Positions 14,323 through 26,699 of a DNA stretch of 64,000 nt are shown one piece after another. Location: positions 66,092,001-66,156,000 of the forward strand of contig OZ024745.1 in NCBI GenBank assembly GCA_964016885.1, given 5' to 3'. This DNA is from Eledone cirrhosa (lineage: Eukaryota). The notes beneath the pieces were generated by a model, which did no database searches, was not told where the DNA came from, and saw only the letters and a list, made by a program, of their open reading frames with translations. Each line of letters starts with the position of its first letter. The first letter of the stretch is position 1. Position numbers and translations under genes: made by a program.

Positions 14323-15256
14323 TTTCGAACAAATGACAAAAGGTAAACACATGGCTACCAAGTGGGACTCTATTCAATGGTTCAGGTCACATGATGTAGT
14401 TTATAGAACAGCAGTAACAGATTTGAATGAGTTTCAGTAAGATTGATACATGTTGCTTCTGTGCTGTTCACATCCCAAACATCTGCTTTATATGCCAGCT
14501 CCGTGAGGCTCTTATATCTGGTTTCTTATAGTTGCATTCTTGCTGGGATACATATATATTTCATATGCTTACTTTAATTATATTGAATACCTAGAACCCT
14601 GTAATATTGAGATATTACAGTTATTTCTGTAATAGAATTCTTATTAATATTTTCATATCAATCGTATTAAGATTAAGAAGCATGCACCTATATTTGTAGC
14701 CACCCTTATGTTATAGGGTGTGCTGAACCATTTATATTGCTGTTTCAATATTTGGTGAGTCAAACTGGGGGTGGGGGGGGGGGGTATTTGTGTATGGCAA
14801 CTTTATAGAAAAGTTTTATAACTGGTGATAGATTAGAAATATGCCTATTGATATTGTCATCGATATGCTGAATGATTGTGTGGGTGGTTAGAGCCTTTAT
14901 GGATGTTTTTTATTCTATTTATAATATGGTTTGTATCAATGTTCAGCTTTATATCATAATGATTGGCTGTTTTTAAATTTGCATTTATTGATTTTATAAC
15001 ACTGAATTATGCACATATGCTAATGCACTTTTTCTGAGTTTATCTATAACTTTTTTGTTTGTCTGATGAAATTGAAGATTTAGAGAGCCCCAGATACTGT
15101 TTTAAATTACTTGTGAATAAATTATTACACTTATTAAATTTTTCACATTTTAGAATTCATCTCATTATGAATCTACATTGTTTTTTTTTGTCTTTTTTTT
15201 TGTAGATGTTATTAAAACATTTAAGTGTCTGGTTGCTCCCATTCAACTTATATTAA

Positions 15257-15367
15257 AGTCAATCCCGCCGAGGTTGACTTTGCCTTTCATCCTTACGGGG
15301 TCGATAAAATAAAGTGCCAGTAATGCACTGGTAATTGCTGGCCTTGTGCCTAAAGTAGAAACAATTA
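15257..15367 (+). mobile_element. SINE family A, 5'-truncated
   Basis: Core and tail match the 5975 and 51739 copies. Confidence 0.85.
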
Positions 15368-15689
15368 AAATTATGGTTAGTTTAATTCTTGTATTTATTG
15401 ATTCTAGTGTACATTTACTAATTATAACTGTATCACTCTTCTTAAGATTTAATAGTCTACATTTGGGATTATATATAAAATTATCTTGGTGACCCTTAAG
15501 ACTTTCGTTTTGGTTTGTGTTAATTAAAATGTGTAATAATATATCTTTAACAAGATAGCTAACTTCTGTGCATTGGTAAATGTTAGGTAGTTCAATCAAG
15601 AGGTTAAAGATACTATCCAAGCAAACAAGTAGGTGAAAGAGCTTGGCATAGAAATAAGTCCCCCTTCTTGCACTTGCATTATAAGCTGG

Positions 15690-17330
15690 CACAGAGTATT
15701 GCAGCAGAGAGAATAAAGGCGTCCAAAGTTCAGATAGGGGAAGACTTTTGGGTTAAGCTAGAATTCGACTTCAGATCAGCAAATAAAGTGTTCTGGCAGA
15801 TCATCTGCTGACTTCCTAAGAAGTCCTCCTCCACATCTGCTTTCAAGAATGTGTCTGTGGTTCTCCTCTCCTCAGAGAGGTGGAGAGAATATTTTGCTGA
15901 TCTCCTAAAGCTGATCACAACAGCATCTTCACATGTATATGTGCATTTAGGATGGTGACTAATATCTCAGGGGCTGAGGTTACAAGAGTAGTTAAAGAGC
16001 TCAAATATGGCAAAGCCACTGGGGAAGTTGAAATCCAGCCAAAGATGTTACAAGCCTTAAATAGAGAAGGTATTCTCTGGCTGACTCATGTGTACCAGGT
16101 GGCCTGGATCTTTGGAAAGGCCTGTAAGCATTGGCAATCAGGAGTGATAATCTTAATTTTCAAAGAGGGAGACAAGAGAGATTGTTCCAATTACAGAGGG
16201 GTCTCCTTGTTAAGCCTCCTTGATAAAGTCTATGCTAAGTGTCTGGCAAAGAGATGCAGGGAGATAGTCAAGTCCAAGCCAGCTGATGAACAGTGCAATT
16301 TTTTGCCCTGGGCAAAGCACAGATGACCAAATATTCACACTGCAGCAGGTCTTCAAGAAATTGTGGGAATATTGCCAAGAGCTATATTCTTATTTTGTCA
16401 ACCTTGAAAATGCATATGACCACATTCGTTGGGACCTGCTGTGGAAGGTTCTGCCAGTGTATGGGATCAATGGTCAGCTTCTTGCTGCCCCGATGTCTCT
16501 ATATGAATGCCCGAGAAAACCATCCAATGTGGGAATTGGACTCTGCCAAGAGTGCATATTGTCTCCTCTCCTGTTCATTATTTACATGAACAGGATTGAC
16601 ATGTGCAGTCGAGTTGGAAGTGGTATCATGACTGGTGGGTGTCAAATCAGTCGACTGGAAATTGCAGATGGCATGATGTTACTTAACTCAACAGAAGGTG
16701 ATCTGTGACTTGCACTCGATAGGTTTGATGCTGAGTGCAGCATGGCTGGAATGAAAATCATCAGTGCTGTGAAAACTGAGACACTCATCCCCTCAAGGAA
16801 GCCTGTGCAGTGCACTCTACATGTGAATGGAATTCCACTAAAGCAGGGAGAAAAGTTCATGTATCACAGAGCCATGTTCACATGTGATGGAAGGCAGAAG
16901 ACTGAATTATGTGCACGAATTGCAGGAACTGTTGCAGTAATGTAGCATCTTCAACATTTGGTAATCAGAAGAAGGGAGGTAGGCCTAAAAGCAAAACTCA
17001 TTATCTTCAATTCGGTATTCATGCCAACACTAACCATGGTCATAAATGTTGGGTAATGATCGAAAGAATATGATCGTGAATACAAGTGGCCAAAATGGGG
17101 TTCCTCTCAAGGGTCTTTGGATTAACGTTACTCAATAGAGTGCATAGCTCAGAGATCAGAGAGTCACTCCAGGTAGAGCTGCTACTTCTCTGAATTAAGA
17201 GATCACAGTTCCGATACTATAAGCATGTGGTTAGAATGTCTCTGGAAAGAATCACTGAGTAGATTTTATACGGTGTCTGAGGTCTTTTCCCACACAACGC
17301 TCTCAGGAAAAAAAAAAGAATAGAAGACTT
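15690..17330 (+). mobile_element. RTE-clade LINE (Expander/Rex3-like), frameshifted RT
   Basis: WQSGVIILIFKEGD, NYRGVSLLS, FVNLENAYD, QECILSPLLFIIYM and IADG (decayed YADD) across ORFs 15952-16945. Confidence 0.85.
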
Positions 17331-18804
17331 ACTGATTTGATATCTAAGTAAATATTTAAATTCTATTTGTAGCTTGCATAAAATCAGCCACAGTAAGTCA
17401 GCTGTGCTTTATATTTAGGAAACATAGTCACCAGAAGAGTGAAAAATAATGACAGTTCTACACGAATATATTACTGAGACTATATGTAGCCCATTTGTCA
17501 TAGTTTGATAACAATGAAGCCTTGTACATAATATTGCTGATAACAATGATATTTGTCCATAATAAATTTTATGACTAAATAAGTAGACAAAGGAACACAC
17601 AGAAAACTGAGAATGATGAAGCTCATGATTTCTAACAATTTTCTAAATTACAATGCACTCATATTATAATGTCTGGATTATGTTATTTCATTTCTTCTCA
17701 TTGAAGCTGGTAGTTTTCAGTGAATGATATTTTCAATATACAGAGAATTATATAATTCGCATAATCAGTAAATATCAGGGTAATTTCCATACAATGTTTA
17801 GTTTCATATGAGTACATTTTGGGTTCAAATTCTACTGCGGATCAACATTATATATACTCTTTTTCTGGGTGTTCAAGGCTAATTCAATCACTTCTACTAC
17901 TTCTTGAAAAGAATTAGCATCATTTCTATTCAAAAGAAATCAATATTTGATAGATGGCTGAGATTGCTTGTATTGAAAATAGGTCTTTAACATGGTTTCA
18001 GTGCTATGTTATGCGTTACAAAACTTGAAAATGTCATGCATGTCAAACTCACATTTATATTTCCAAATTTGGATAATTAGATATTGACAATTTCATGAAA
18101 CAATTTTCTGTATTTCTATACTTATAACAAATAAATAATGTATCTATTTTTGCTAAGATACTTTTTTACAGGGTTATTTATAATCAGTTAAATCAACATC
18201 AGTGTAGCACTGATTTTATAGTTTAGACATTAAAGCTGATTTAAGCAGAATTTAGTTTTATTATCATGCTAACTAATATTAAGTAGTAAAATTAGATCTG
18301 TATGAGCAAGGCGTGATCCCCTGATCTGGCTAGCTTCATAATGTGACAAGCCATATAACCTATGCAAGCATGGAAAATAGACATTCTACGGAGATGATGA
18401 TGATGATGAAGTATTTAGTCAGGCTCTTCTCTTCTTTTAATAATCATTGAATAATAATTGAATAATCATAGAGTTTGGATACGGATATTGTAATAAGAAA
18501 TCAAAGAGAAATTGATATTAATGTTGTTGTTTCTTTTCAGATCAATACTTTTGAATATTGTAACTAGTTATATGTGCTCGAAAAGTTGAAAGAATTGTGT
18601 AAATATATTTTAATACCTTTCATTATATCTTTCTAATAATTTTACCATAGATTTACATAGATTTCAATGTTATTGCAGCTTAGATTATCACAATGAAAGA
18701 TTTGAATTAATTTTCTGAAATAATCAAAAGAGAAATGATGCATTTATTCCAGTGCTGAAGCTTATTGTAATGTACAATATAGATTTGTATTAATAATGAA
18801 TAAA

Positions 18805-19372
18805 TGAATAATAATAATAATAATAATGGTTTCTTCATTAGCTACACAGAGCTTACATTAAGAGGACAATAAGGAAGATACAGTGTGTGTTTTTTTTATG
18901 TTAGAAAAGGTTTTAAAAAGACTAAAACACAAATATTTAAAAAATCAAAACATAAATATTCCCCCAAATCAGGGATATTCCCAAATATCACTTCCAGAGA
19001 AAACCCACAAAAAAGCCATGGTAACCTTGGCCACTAGGGCAAGTGCTCTATCTCAGTTCTCCTCCAATTTACAGGAGCATACTCAGAACAAGCCCATTCA
19101 CTTGGTCCATGCTTGCTTCTCTCACTCACCTTTCAACAATGTACTTGGAAGGCAGCATTTCCCTCTCCACCCTGATTTTTCCCTTCAAGTGAAACCTGAA
19201 AGTTAATTAGAGTTTCGCCAAAGAGGAAAGTACTTGTCTTCAACCGGTTCAAGTGTGTTCACTACATGAGCTCTTTTTCCATGGCCACAAGGCAGATAAA
19301 AACTGCCTGTCCTGCCCCTCTAAAGGAAGACGGTGGGGGAAATCTTCACAATGAACTCAGTCTGAGTACTGC
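18805..19372 (-). mobile_element. Tx1-clade LINE 3' remnant with (ATT)n tail
   Basis: Minus strand (GQAVFICLVAMEKE...TFLFGETLINF...KIRVEREML) aligns with the C-terminus in ORF 47209-47616; ends GAAGAAACC(ATT)n. Confidence 0.75.
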
Positions 19373-19439
19373 TTAAATTGATTATAAAGAAGCATATGAT
19401 AGTGCTTTCCACTCATGGATTTTGTAAACTTTGGATGTC

Positions 19440-20700
19440 CTGAAAACTTCCTCAGTAATATCAAACCTCCTGAAATACAACAAATCAGTTTGGAAAACAA
19501 TTCTATCACTGTCATACAACAATGGAACTATAAATTCCAGCAGTATAAATATTAAATGTACTATTTTTTAAGGTGATTCATTTTCTTCTCTGATATTTTG
19601 CATTGCACTCACACTGCTATCTTTAGTACTCAATAAAACAAAATATGGCTACAGCAAAGCCATACACTACCTGTTTTATATGGATGACTTGAAACTATGC
19701 CAAAAATGACAGCAAATTGGAAGGACTGTTGAAGACAGTTAAGGTGTTCAACAATGATGTAAGGATTGAGTTTGGATTGGAAAAATGTGTCAAAGCAACA
19801 TTGAAGAAAGGCAGAATGACAAGCACAAACTCAATAGAAATAGATGTGAATACAATAATTAATTAACTAGAACAGGAATGAACCTGTAGATATCTAGGTA
19901 TCATTGAAGGGTAAGATATTCACCATGGCAGCATGAAAGAGGGAATCAGGAAGGAATGTTACCGGAGAGTATGTGTGGTCTTGAAAACTGAACTCCATTC
20001 AAAGAATAAAATATCTGCCATAAATGCTCATGTAATCCCAGCTGTCATCTATAGTTTCAATATCATAAATTGGAATATAAATGAAATAAGGACAATATAC
20101 ACCAAAATCAAAAAACATTTGACCTGCAATAGACTACATCACCCAAAATCTGATGTGGATCACCTCTATCTTCCTAGATCAAACAGAGGTAGAGGAATGA
20201 TCCAGTTTGAGCTGTCATGCAAAATATCAACTATTCTCGAACTATTAGACTCGAACAAAACTGCTGATGACTGGATGTTGGAAATGGTTGCAAATCATGA
20301 AAGAAAGAAGAGTCTACATTCAATTATGAAGGAAAGTAAGTAGTTTGTGAAAGAATTGGGAATACATGTCAGCATAGGAAGCAGATGTAAAATAATGATG
20401 TGAATGTAACATGTCATGCTGGATGGTAAAAATTGTTGCAGATCACAATGGAAGAAGTGGTTACAATCAGTCACAAAGGAAAGTACGAAGTTTGCAGAAG
20501 AATTGGGAATATATTTTGAAAATGAAGACAATTGTGCAATTAAAGTCACAAAGAACATCAACGTGTTGGCAAAACATGAGGTTCAATAGAGACTGTGCAC
20601 TAAATAAGAGCAAAAACCACTGTATGGGCAGTATATTCTCCATAGCAAAAAAATCTGATGTAAATCAAACCTTCACCCGGCAGTGGCTGTGGTGTTCTGT
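19440..20700 (+). mobile_element. R4/Dong-like (RLE-type) non-LTR retrotransposon remnant
   Basis: GDSFSSLIFCIAL, LFYMDDLK, EFGLEKC, YLGI and HHPKSDVDHLYLPRSNRGRG motifs; stops and frameshifts. Confidence 0.8.
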
Positions 20701-21847
20701 CCCATGAGAATTAGCTTAATATGAGGGGCATATTCTGTGCATATTTTTTTTTTTTAACAGAAAAATTATTTCCAAAAAATAGTGTTCAAATATGTGGCTC
20801 TTAGACCCAAATACTATGGGGTCTCTATTTTAGAGGGTATTATATTCAAAGTTAATAACAAAAATATTCCACAAATAAGAATTCAAAACAACTTACAAAA
20901 CACAAACCTTCTAGAGCCAATATCAACACGTCTGTTGCAAATGAGTAACAAAAAAAAAAGAAATAATCAATTCATTATTAAAGGTATATTAGGCATTATA
21001 ATAAGAGATTTACAGTTTGTAAAACTTAATTAAGCACCATTGTTATAGCATCATTCAAAGTAGATAATAAAATAAAATGAAATCATAGATGGTTCTAAGG
21101 GATTAATGCATGACAAACTTATCTCTGTTTATTGATGCATTCTTTTTTATGAAACACTTCTTTCCCATTACATAATTAATATTTTTGTCATCTATTTATA
21201 AATTCTCTGGAAAACGGATTATAAAGATATTAACTCATTTATTGTCTACTTAATCTATGGGTATATTTATCACAGTAATTTGAACTCTTGTGCTGATATT
21301 GGTAAAGTAGGTCAATGTGACCACATGCTGACCTTGTAGCACATAGATGTTAAATGTTTCTTTGTTTTGAACTGTTGTCAGTTTGTTCCGAGGAAAGCAT
21401 CCTGCTAGAGTCATTTACAGTTTATCAAAGAGACACCTTTCTTGACACCATCATCACACAAAGGAGACTCACCACATACAGTTGGTTTTCAGCAAGCACA
21501 GAGATGTAGCACTTAGCCAAACACTCAGGCCCTCTTGACAAGGGCCCACCTCAACAAAGGTCAGTCCACACATAACAGTAAATAACACCTTTTGAATTAT
21601 AGTACACACACATACACCACAACAACATAAGCCTTGTTTTCTTATATTGTCAACAATAGCCTCATAGCAGGTTAAATTAATAAATATATTTATGTAGCAA
21701 TTTCATTTTTATTTCATTACCTATGTGATCAGAGTAAATCACTTACCCAAGGAATCATCACATTATCATCATCATAATGAACACCGTAGCTCACTTGCAC
21801 ACCCCCAATTTCTGGTCACAATATGTGAGGCACTCCTTCACCTACAC

Positions 21848-22247
21848 AATCTAATCTAATGTAATCTGGGCTGCGCCTAGGAGCATTCGATTTGGTGTAC
21901 TTCATATTTGTTTTGGTTGCTGAATACAATCAGGGGTCGCTGCTTCTCCTGAAGGTCAATAGTTCTCTTCTAACTCAAGCGGGAGCGCCTTTCCATTGTC
22001 AATTTGCATTATCATCTGCAAAGCCGCATTGTTCTCAGAACCACTACACCAGTTTTTCGACGCATGCAGCTGGAACTACCCATTTATTTGGCAAGATCAC
22101 AACTCATTTCTACAGCTGAGTAAACTCGAGCAAAGTGAAATAAAGTGTCTTGCTCAAGGAAACAACACATCACCCAGTCCGAGAATTGAACTCACAACCT
22201 TTTGATTGCAAGCTCAATGCTCTAACCACTAAGCCATGAGCCTTCAC
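21848..22247 (-). mobile_element. CORE-type tRNA SINE with (GATTA)n tail
   Basis: Head GTGAAGGC..TGGCTTAGTGGTTAGAG..GAGTTCAATTCTC; CORE-like CCTTGAGCAAGACACTTTATTTCAC..CTCAGCTGTAGAAATGAG; direct repeat CTACACAA at 21842-21849 and 22249-22256. Confidence 0.8.
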
Positions 22248-22337
22248 TCTACACAAGCCTAACCATATCACAAGGTAATCCACAAGTGAACAATGAACCA
22301 CAGGACCAACTAACATTGCCAGCTTATCTCCTGCTAT

Positions 22338-22626
22338 ATCATCATTTCAACATTTCATTTTACATCCGCTTTTTCCCTGCTTGCAAGGGTGGGACGGGAA
22401 CTGATGCTGGATTTATTTCTACAGCTGGATGCCCTTCCTAACACCAACCTCATTTACAGTGAGTGCTGGGTGCTTTTTTACTGTGGCGCTTCCACGACCA
22501 CTTTGCAGTGGAATGATATGGACCCCAGTCCCCATCATCTCATTTCTACAGCTGAGTAAACTGGAGCAATGTGAAATAAAGTGTCTTGCTCAAGAGAACA
22601 ACACATGCTCAAGGAAACAACACATA
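22338..22626 (-). mobile_element. CORE-type SINE with RTE tail, headless
   Basis: Close match to 62130-62389; small tandem duplication of GCTCAAG(A/G)(G/A)AACAACACAT at the truncation point. Confidence 0.85.
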
Positions 22627-22959
22627 TCTAAATAATAACTATTACTACATATTTATACAGTATAGGATCAATCTATTTTTATAGATTTCATGGTGTCTCA
22701 GTTACAAATATAGGGGAAAAAAAAAAAAAATTAAAAACCCTTTCTTTTTGAGATTCTATGATTGTTAATCATATTTTTATTATGCAATATTATTGGCAAC
22801 CGTTCAATCCAAATATTAATCTACCTAGTCACTTAACAACAATACATGTTGTAACTTTGGTACAACCCACATAATCCGCATTGCTTAGTTTAAAGTATGC
22901 TCAATAGAATTGATTCCTTAAATATTACTTAAACTTATATTCTAAGTTGATCCTAGTAG

Positions 22960-24348
22960 CTACAATTTGCCCTATCTTTAAAAAAGGCGACGGGGAACTA
23001 CAGACTCGTGAGCCTCACCTCAACTGTCTGTAAGGCCTTGGAATCTCTAATCAAGCGTGCAATTATGGCTCATCTTGCGTCTTTCACTGCCATCTCTCCA
23101 CGGTTTCATCCTGAAACGTTCCTGTCTCACAAACCTACTCGTGATGGAAGAATGGGTGACGAGGATAGTGGACGATGGAGATGCAGCCGATATTATCTTT
23201 CTCGACTTCGCATAAGCCTTTGACTCTGTCAACTACCACCTGCTCCTGTGTAAGCTCAGCAACTACGGTCTCCATGACTCAATTATAAAGTGGATTGGAT
23301 CATTTCTGGAGGGTCGTACTTGCAGAGTTCGGATCAATGGCAGTCTGTCATCGGGGGTGGGTGTAGGCAGTGGCGTTCCCCAGGGCTCTGTGTTGGGCCC
23401 AATTCTCTTCCTTCTATACATCAACGACATGCCGGACGTGATTGGTGGAAATGTGCTCCTATTTGCAGATGATGTGAAAATGGTAGCCTATAGGAACGAG
23501 ATCGACAATCTCAAGTCCATCCCTCCAGCGCGCCTGGAGTTGGTCCATTGACTGGGATTTATACCTCAATGTCGATAAGTGTTGCCATATGGCAGTGAGT
23601 ACACCTTATAACTCAGCTCTTACCTTCAATGGTGGCACTGCTCCTTTGAAGGAGGTTGAGGAGACTAAAGATCTTGGTCTGCTGGTCAACTCGTCCTTCA
23701 AACCATCAAAACATTGCATTCAAGCCGCAAACAAGGCAAGGAGCTCTCTTTTTCTTATTCGACGCTACTTTGCCAAACTCACTCCAGAAATGTTCAGGCC
23801 TCTCTATGTCACCCTCGTGAGACCGCACCTAGAATATGGCATCCAAGCATCAAACCCATATCCCATCCAGGATATCCATCACTTGGAGAGTTCAATGACT
23901 AGCGACTCGAATGGTACAGGGTCTTCATGAGCTGCCCTACGAAAGCCGACTGCAGAAGCTGAACCTCTTCTCCGTGGAGCGTCGACGGCTACAAGGCGAT
24001 CTTATTTTGGCTTACAATCTCTTCAATGGCCATTACGATCTCCCTCAAGATCTCCTATTCACTCCGGCACATGAAAGGGGTCTATGTGGATATGACAAAA
24101 AGCTGTTTCACCGCCGCTTTCGCCTAAATAGACAGAAAGCTGCTTTCTCGATCCGCATCTCTGGACCCTGGAATCGGCTTCCAGAAGAAGTAGTCAACGC
24201 GCCAACCACGCAACAATTCAAGGCAAAATTGGACCGGTGTTGGACCACTGTATTTCCGACTGTGTAAATTTTGCCCCTCTCCCCTCCTTACATGGCATCT
24301 GAAGTATCTATGTTTTATTTTCTGCCAAATATATTGAATTGTATTGAA
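22960..24348 (+). mobile_element. CR1-group LINE, 5'-truncated RT pseudogene
   Basis: SLTSTVCK, SGVPQGSVLGPILFLLYINDMP, LFADDVK, LVRPHLEYG, YESRL..LNLFSVERRR, WNRLP; short ATTGA-type tail; 6-bp TSD TAGTAG (22954-22959, 24349-24354). Confidence 0.9.
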
Positions 24349-24884
24349 TAGTAGGGTTTGAACTCAGATTTTCAAAGATGTAGCTAATTGCTGAAAGTAA
24401 CTTTTTCATCTTTGTTGAAATGATTTTACTACCGACTGCTCTCTATCAACATATATATGAACTCTAGACAAATGTTTCATGTTGCCACATTAAGATTAAG
24501 TATCACTGTTTAATTGCTTTACATTAAGGTAATTGGTGAAATTCAAAATCATGTAATATAACTTTTAAATATATATTCTTGTGGAGATAACAAGAAACAA
24601 GGCAAAGTTAATGGTCTTTCACAATAGCATAAGAGATATTATTAATTCTTAAATATCTTTTTAATATCAGTTTGAGACAGAAGATTGATTATTTTTTGTT
24701 TATCTTACATTTTGTGATAATACATGCTGAGATATCATTTGTCATATAGTATTATAGACACTTTTACAATTAACACCTCTCACATTTTATATTTTACAGA
24801 TATGAAACTAAACATAACACTTCCATTTTCAGTAGACACTATTTAAGCAAATGTTTGCAATGCACATTGAAATAATAATGGAAA

Positions 24885-25035
24885 TATATGATAATGATAT
24901 TTATGATAACACAGACATAAATATAAATATGATAATGATATTTATGTTAACACAAATATAAATATGATAATGATATTTATGTTAACACAAATATAAATAT
25001 GATAATGATATTTATGTTAACACAAATATAAATAT
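24885..25035. repeat. 35-bp minisatellite, about 4 copies
   Basis: Unit AATATGATAATGATATTTATGTTAACACAAATATA. Confidence 0.9.
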
Positions 25036-25704
25036 AAATAATGTTGTTAAGGACATTGTTAGTATAACAGCTGGTTGTGATCCTCTTCAAATGAAAAGAA
25101 AATATTGACAGAAAGAAAGTGCTGTATCATGCTGGCTCTTGTTCACAATAATAGGTTTGGTTGTATATATTCTTAATTTATAATTAGAAAATTTAATGAA
25201 TAACCTTAGAAGAGTTTTTATTTATCATATTTAAATTAATGAAATAGATGATCAAAGTGGATTTGACATCTTGAATGAGTTTAAATTTTCCTTAATTTAT
25301 TCTTAGCTCGTTGTTGAGTATTTGGTGAGTTTTATCAGATCAGAATGACACAACTTTCTGTCAACTATATATTACCTTATTTTTTTTTGTCTTGTTCCAT
25401 TTATTTTGTGTTGATTATGTATATTTGTAAGAACCTCAGTTCAAGAACTTATCTCATTACAGACAAATCAGTTCCCAAACAATTTGTCCAAATATAAAAC
25501 AAAGGGTATCTCAAATAATGAACATGCAAGCCAGCAACATCAGCTGGTGACAAGCTGGGAGTATCAGCAGGAAAATATCACTTGCTGTGTACTTTGTTAT
25601 TATGGTTATATCTGTCTGTCTTTCACACAGTCTCTCTCTCAATATTTCATATGGGACAAATAACTTTCAGGGACGAATTAAGTTGGTGAACCAAGGTTCC
25701 ACTG

Positions 25705-25756
<52 letters not shown>

Positions 25757-26699
25757 TACTAACTGGAATTAAACTTGATATGTTTTCAGCTCCTTTTTCA
25801 GAGAAGCATAACAAACTAACAGCATTATCCCTTTAATTTTGATTATTTTACCAAATCATTTCTACATTGACATTTCTTTTATATTGAAACAATTATCACA
25901 ACTATATAGCAAGTAAATTGACTTTTATATTGGTTGAAATTGTTCCGATATTGGATATTTGATATTCATTAGATACAAATTGTCTTAGAATTTCTAAAGA
26001 GAAAAATCTACATAACAAAATACCTCTTTTGTGATGCTAAAAATAGAATATAATTTGATTTTATGAAATATCTCTGCCCTTTTCTATATATTTGAAGCAT
26101 TCTTAGAAATTACTCAGTATTCAGTTTACTTCAAATGATGCATTTCATGTGCTTGACATTTTAGTTTATAAAATCCAAAGTATCAAAAAAAGTAAATAAC
26201 AAAAAACTTCATGTGTATTTTTATTTATGATTCTAGCATTTTGAATATATATAATATATTCTATATTTTTGTAATAAATTCGTGAAACAGATGTGAAATA
26301 TTTCTAGTGTTTATTTTTCAAATTTAGAATAATTTTATTAATGTAAATCTCATTAAAGCCCTAACTGAATAATTTACTCTGTGCATAAAATAATTTCAAA
26401 CAATTAAAGGTTGGGAAGCCCTTTCAGTTGTGTCAGCCTCCATAGTGTTGGTGATCTACACAATAAACACAAAGTGGTTGGTGATAGGAAGTGCACCCAG
26501 CCATAGAAAGCTTACCAAATAAAGAGTTGAGAGGACACTTCAGTTGTGTTAAAAACATGAAAACCCCTCATGTGCATTTAGTAGAATGTGCAATTATACA
26601 TAGGCGAGATCCAGACACCCAGCCTATCTGGGAGGTCAACAACTCTGCTTCTGTACTGACTTGGACTATGTAGTTCTGTCAAACCCTTGCAAGCATGAA

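Larger units (their letters stand above)
14200..15520 (-). mobile_element. Decayed Penelope-like element, interrupted by a SINE
   Basis: Minus strand reads LKGHQDNF..NPKCRLLN, YKPYYK, IHKGSNHP/TIIQHI...INRHISNLS and KWFSTPYNIRVATNIGACFL. These match remembered PLE motifs (LKDHK.NF..NPKCRLINP, SNHPP, WFNPP). Confidence 0.65.

Noticed and set aside
15055-15110. CTGATGA boxes at about 15063, 32029, 39132 and 55026, and CTGATGC at 44854
   Set aside because: No correctly placed stem II-GAAA-stem III-UH
24885-25035. 35-bp repeats as a CRISPR-like array
   Set aside because: Head-to-tail units with no unique spacers; eukaryotic context
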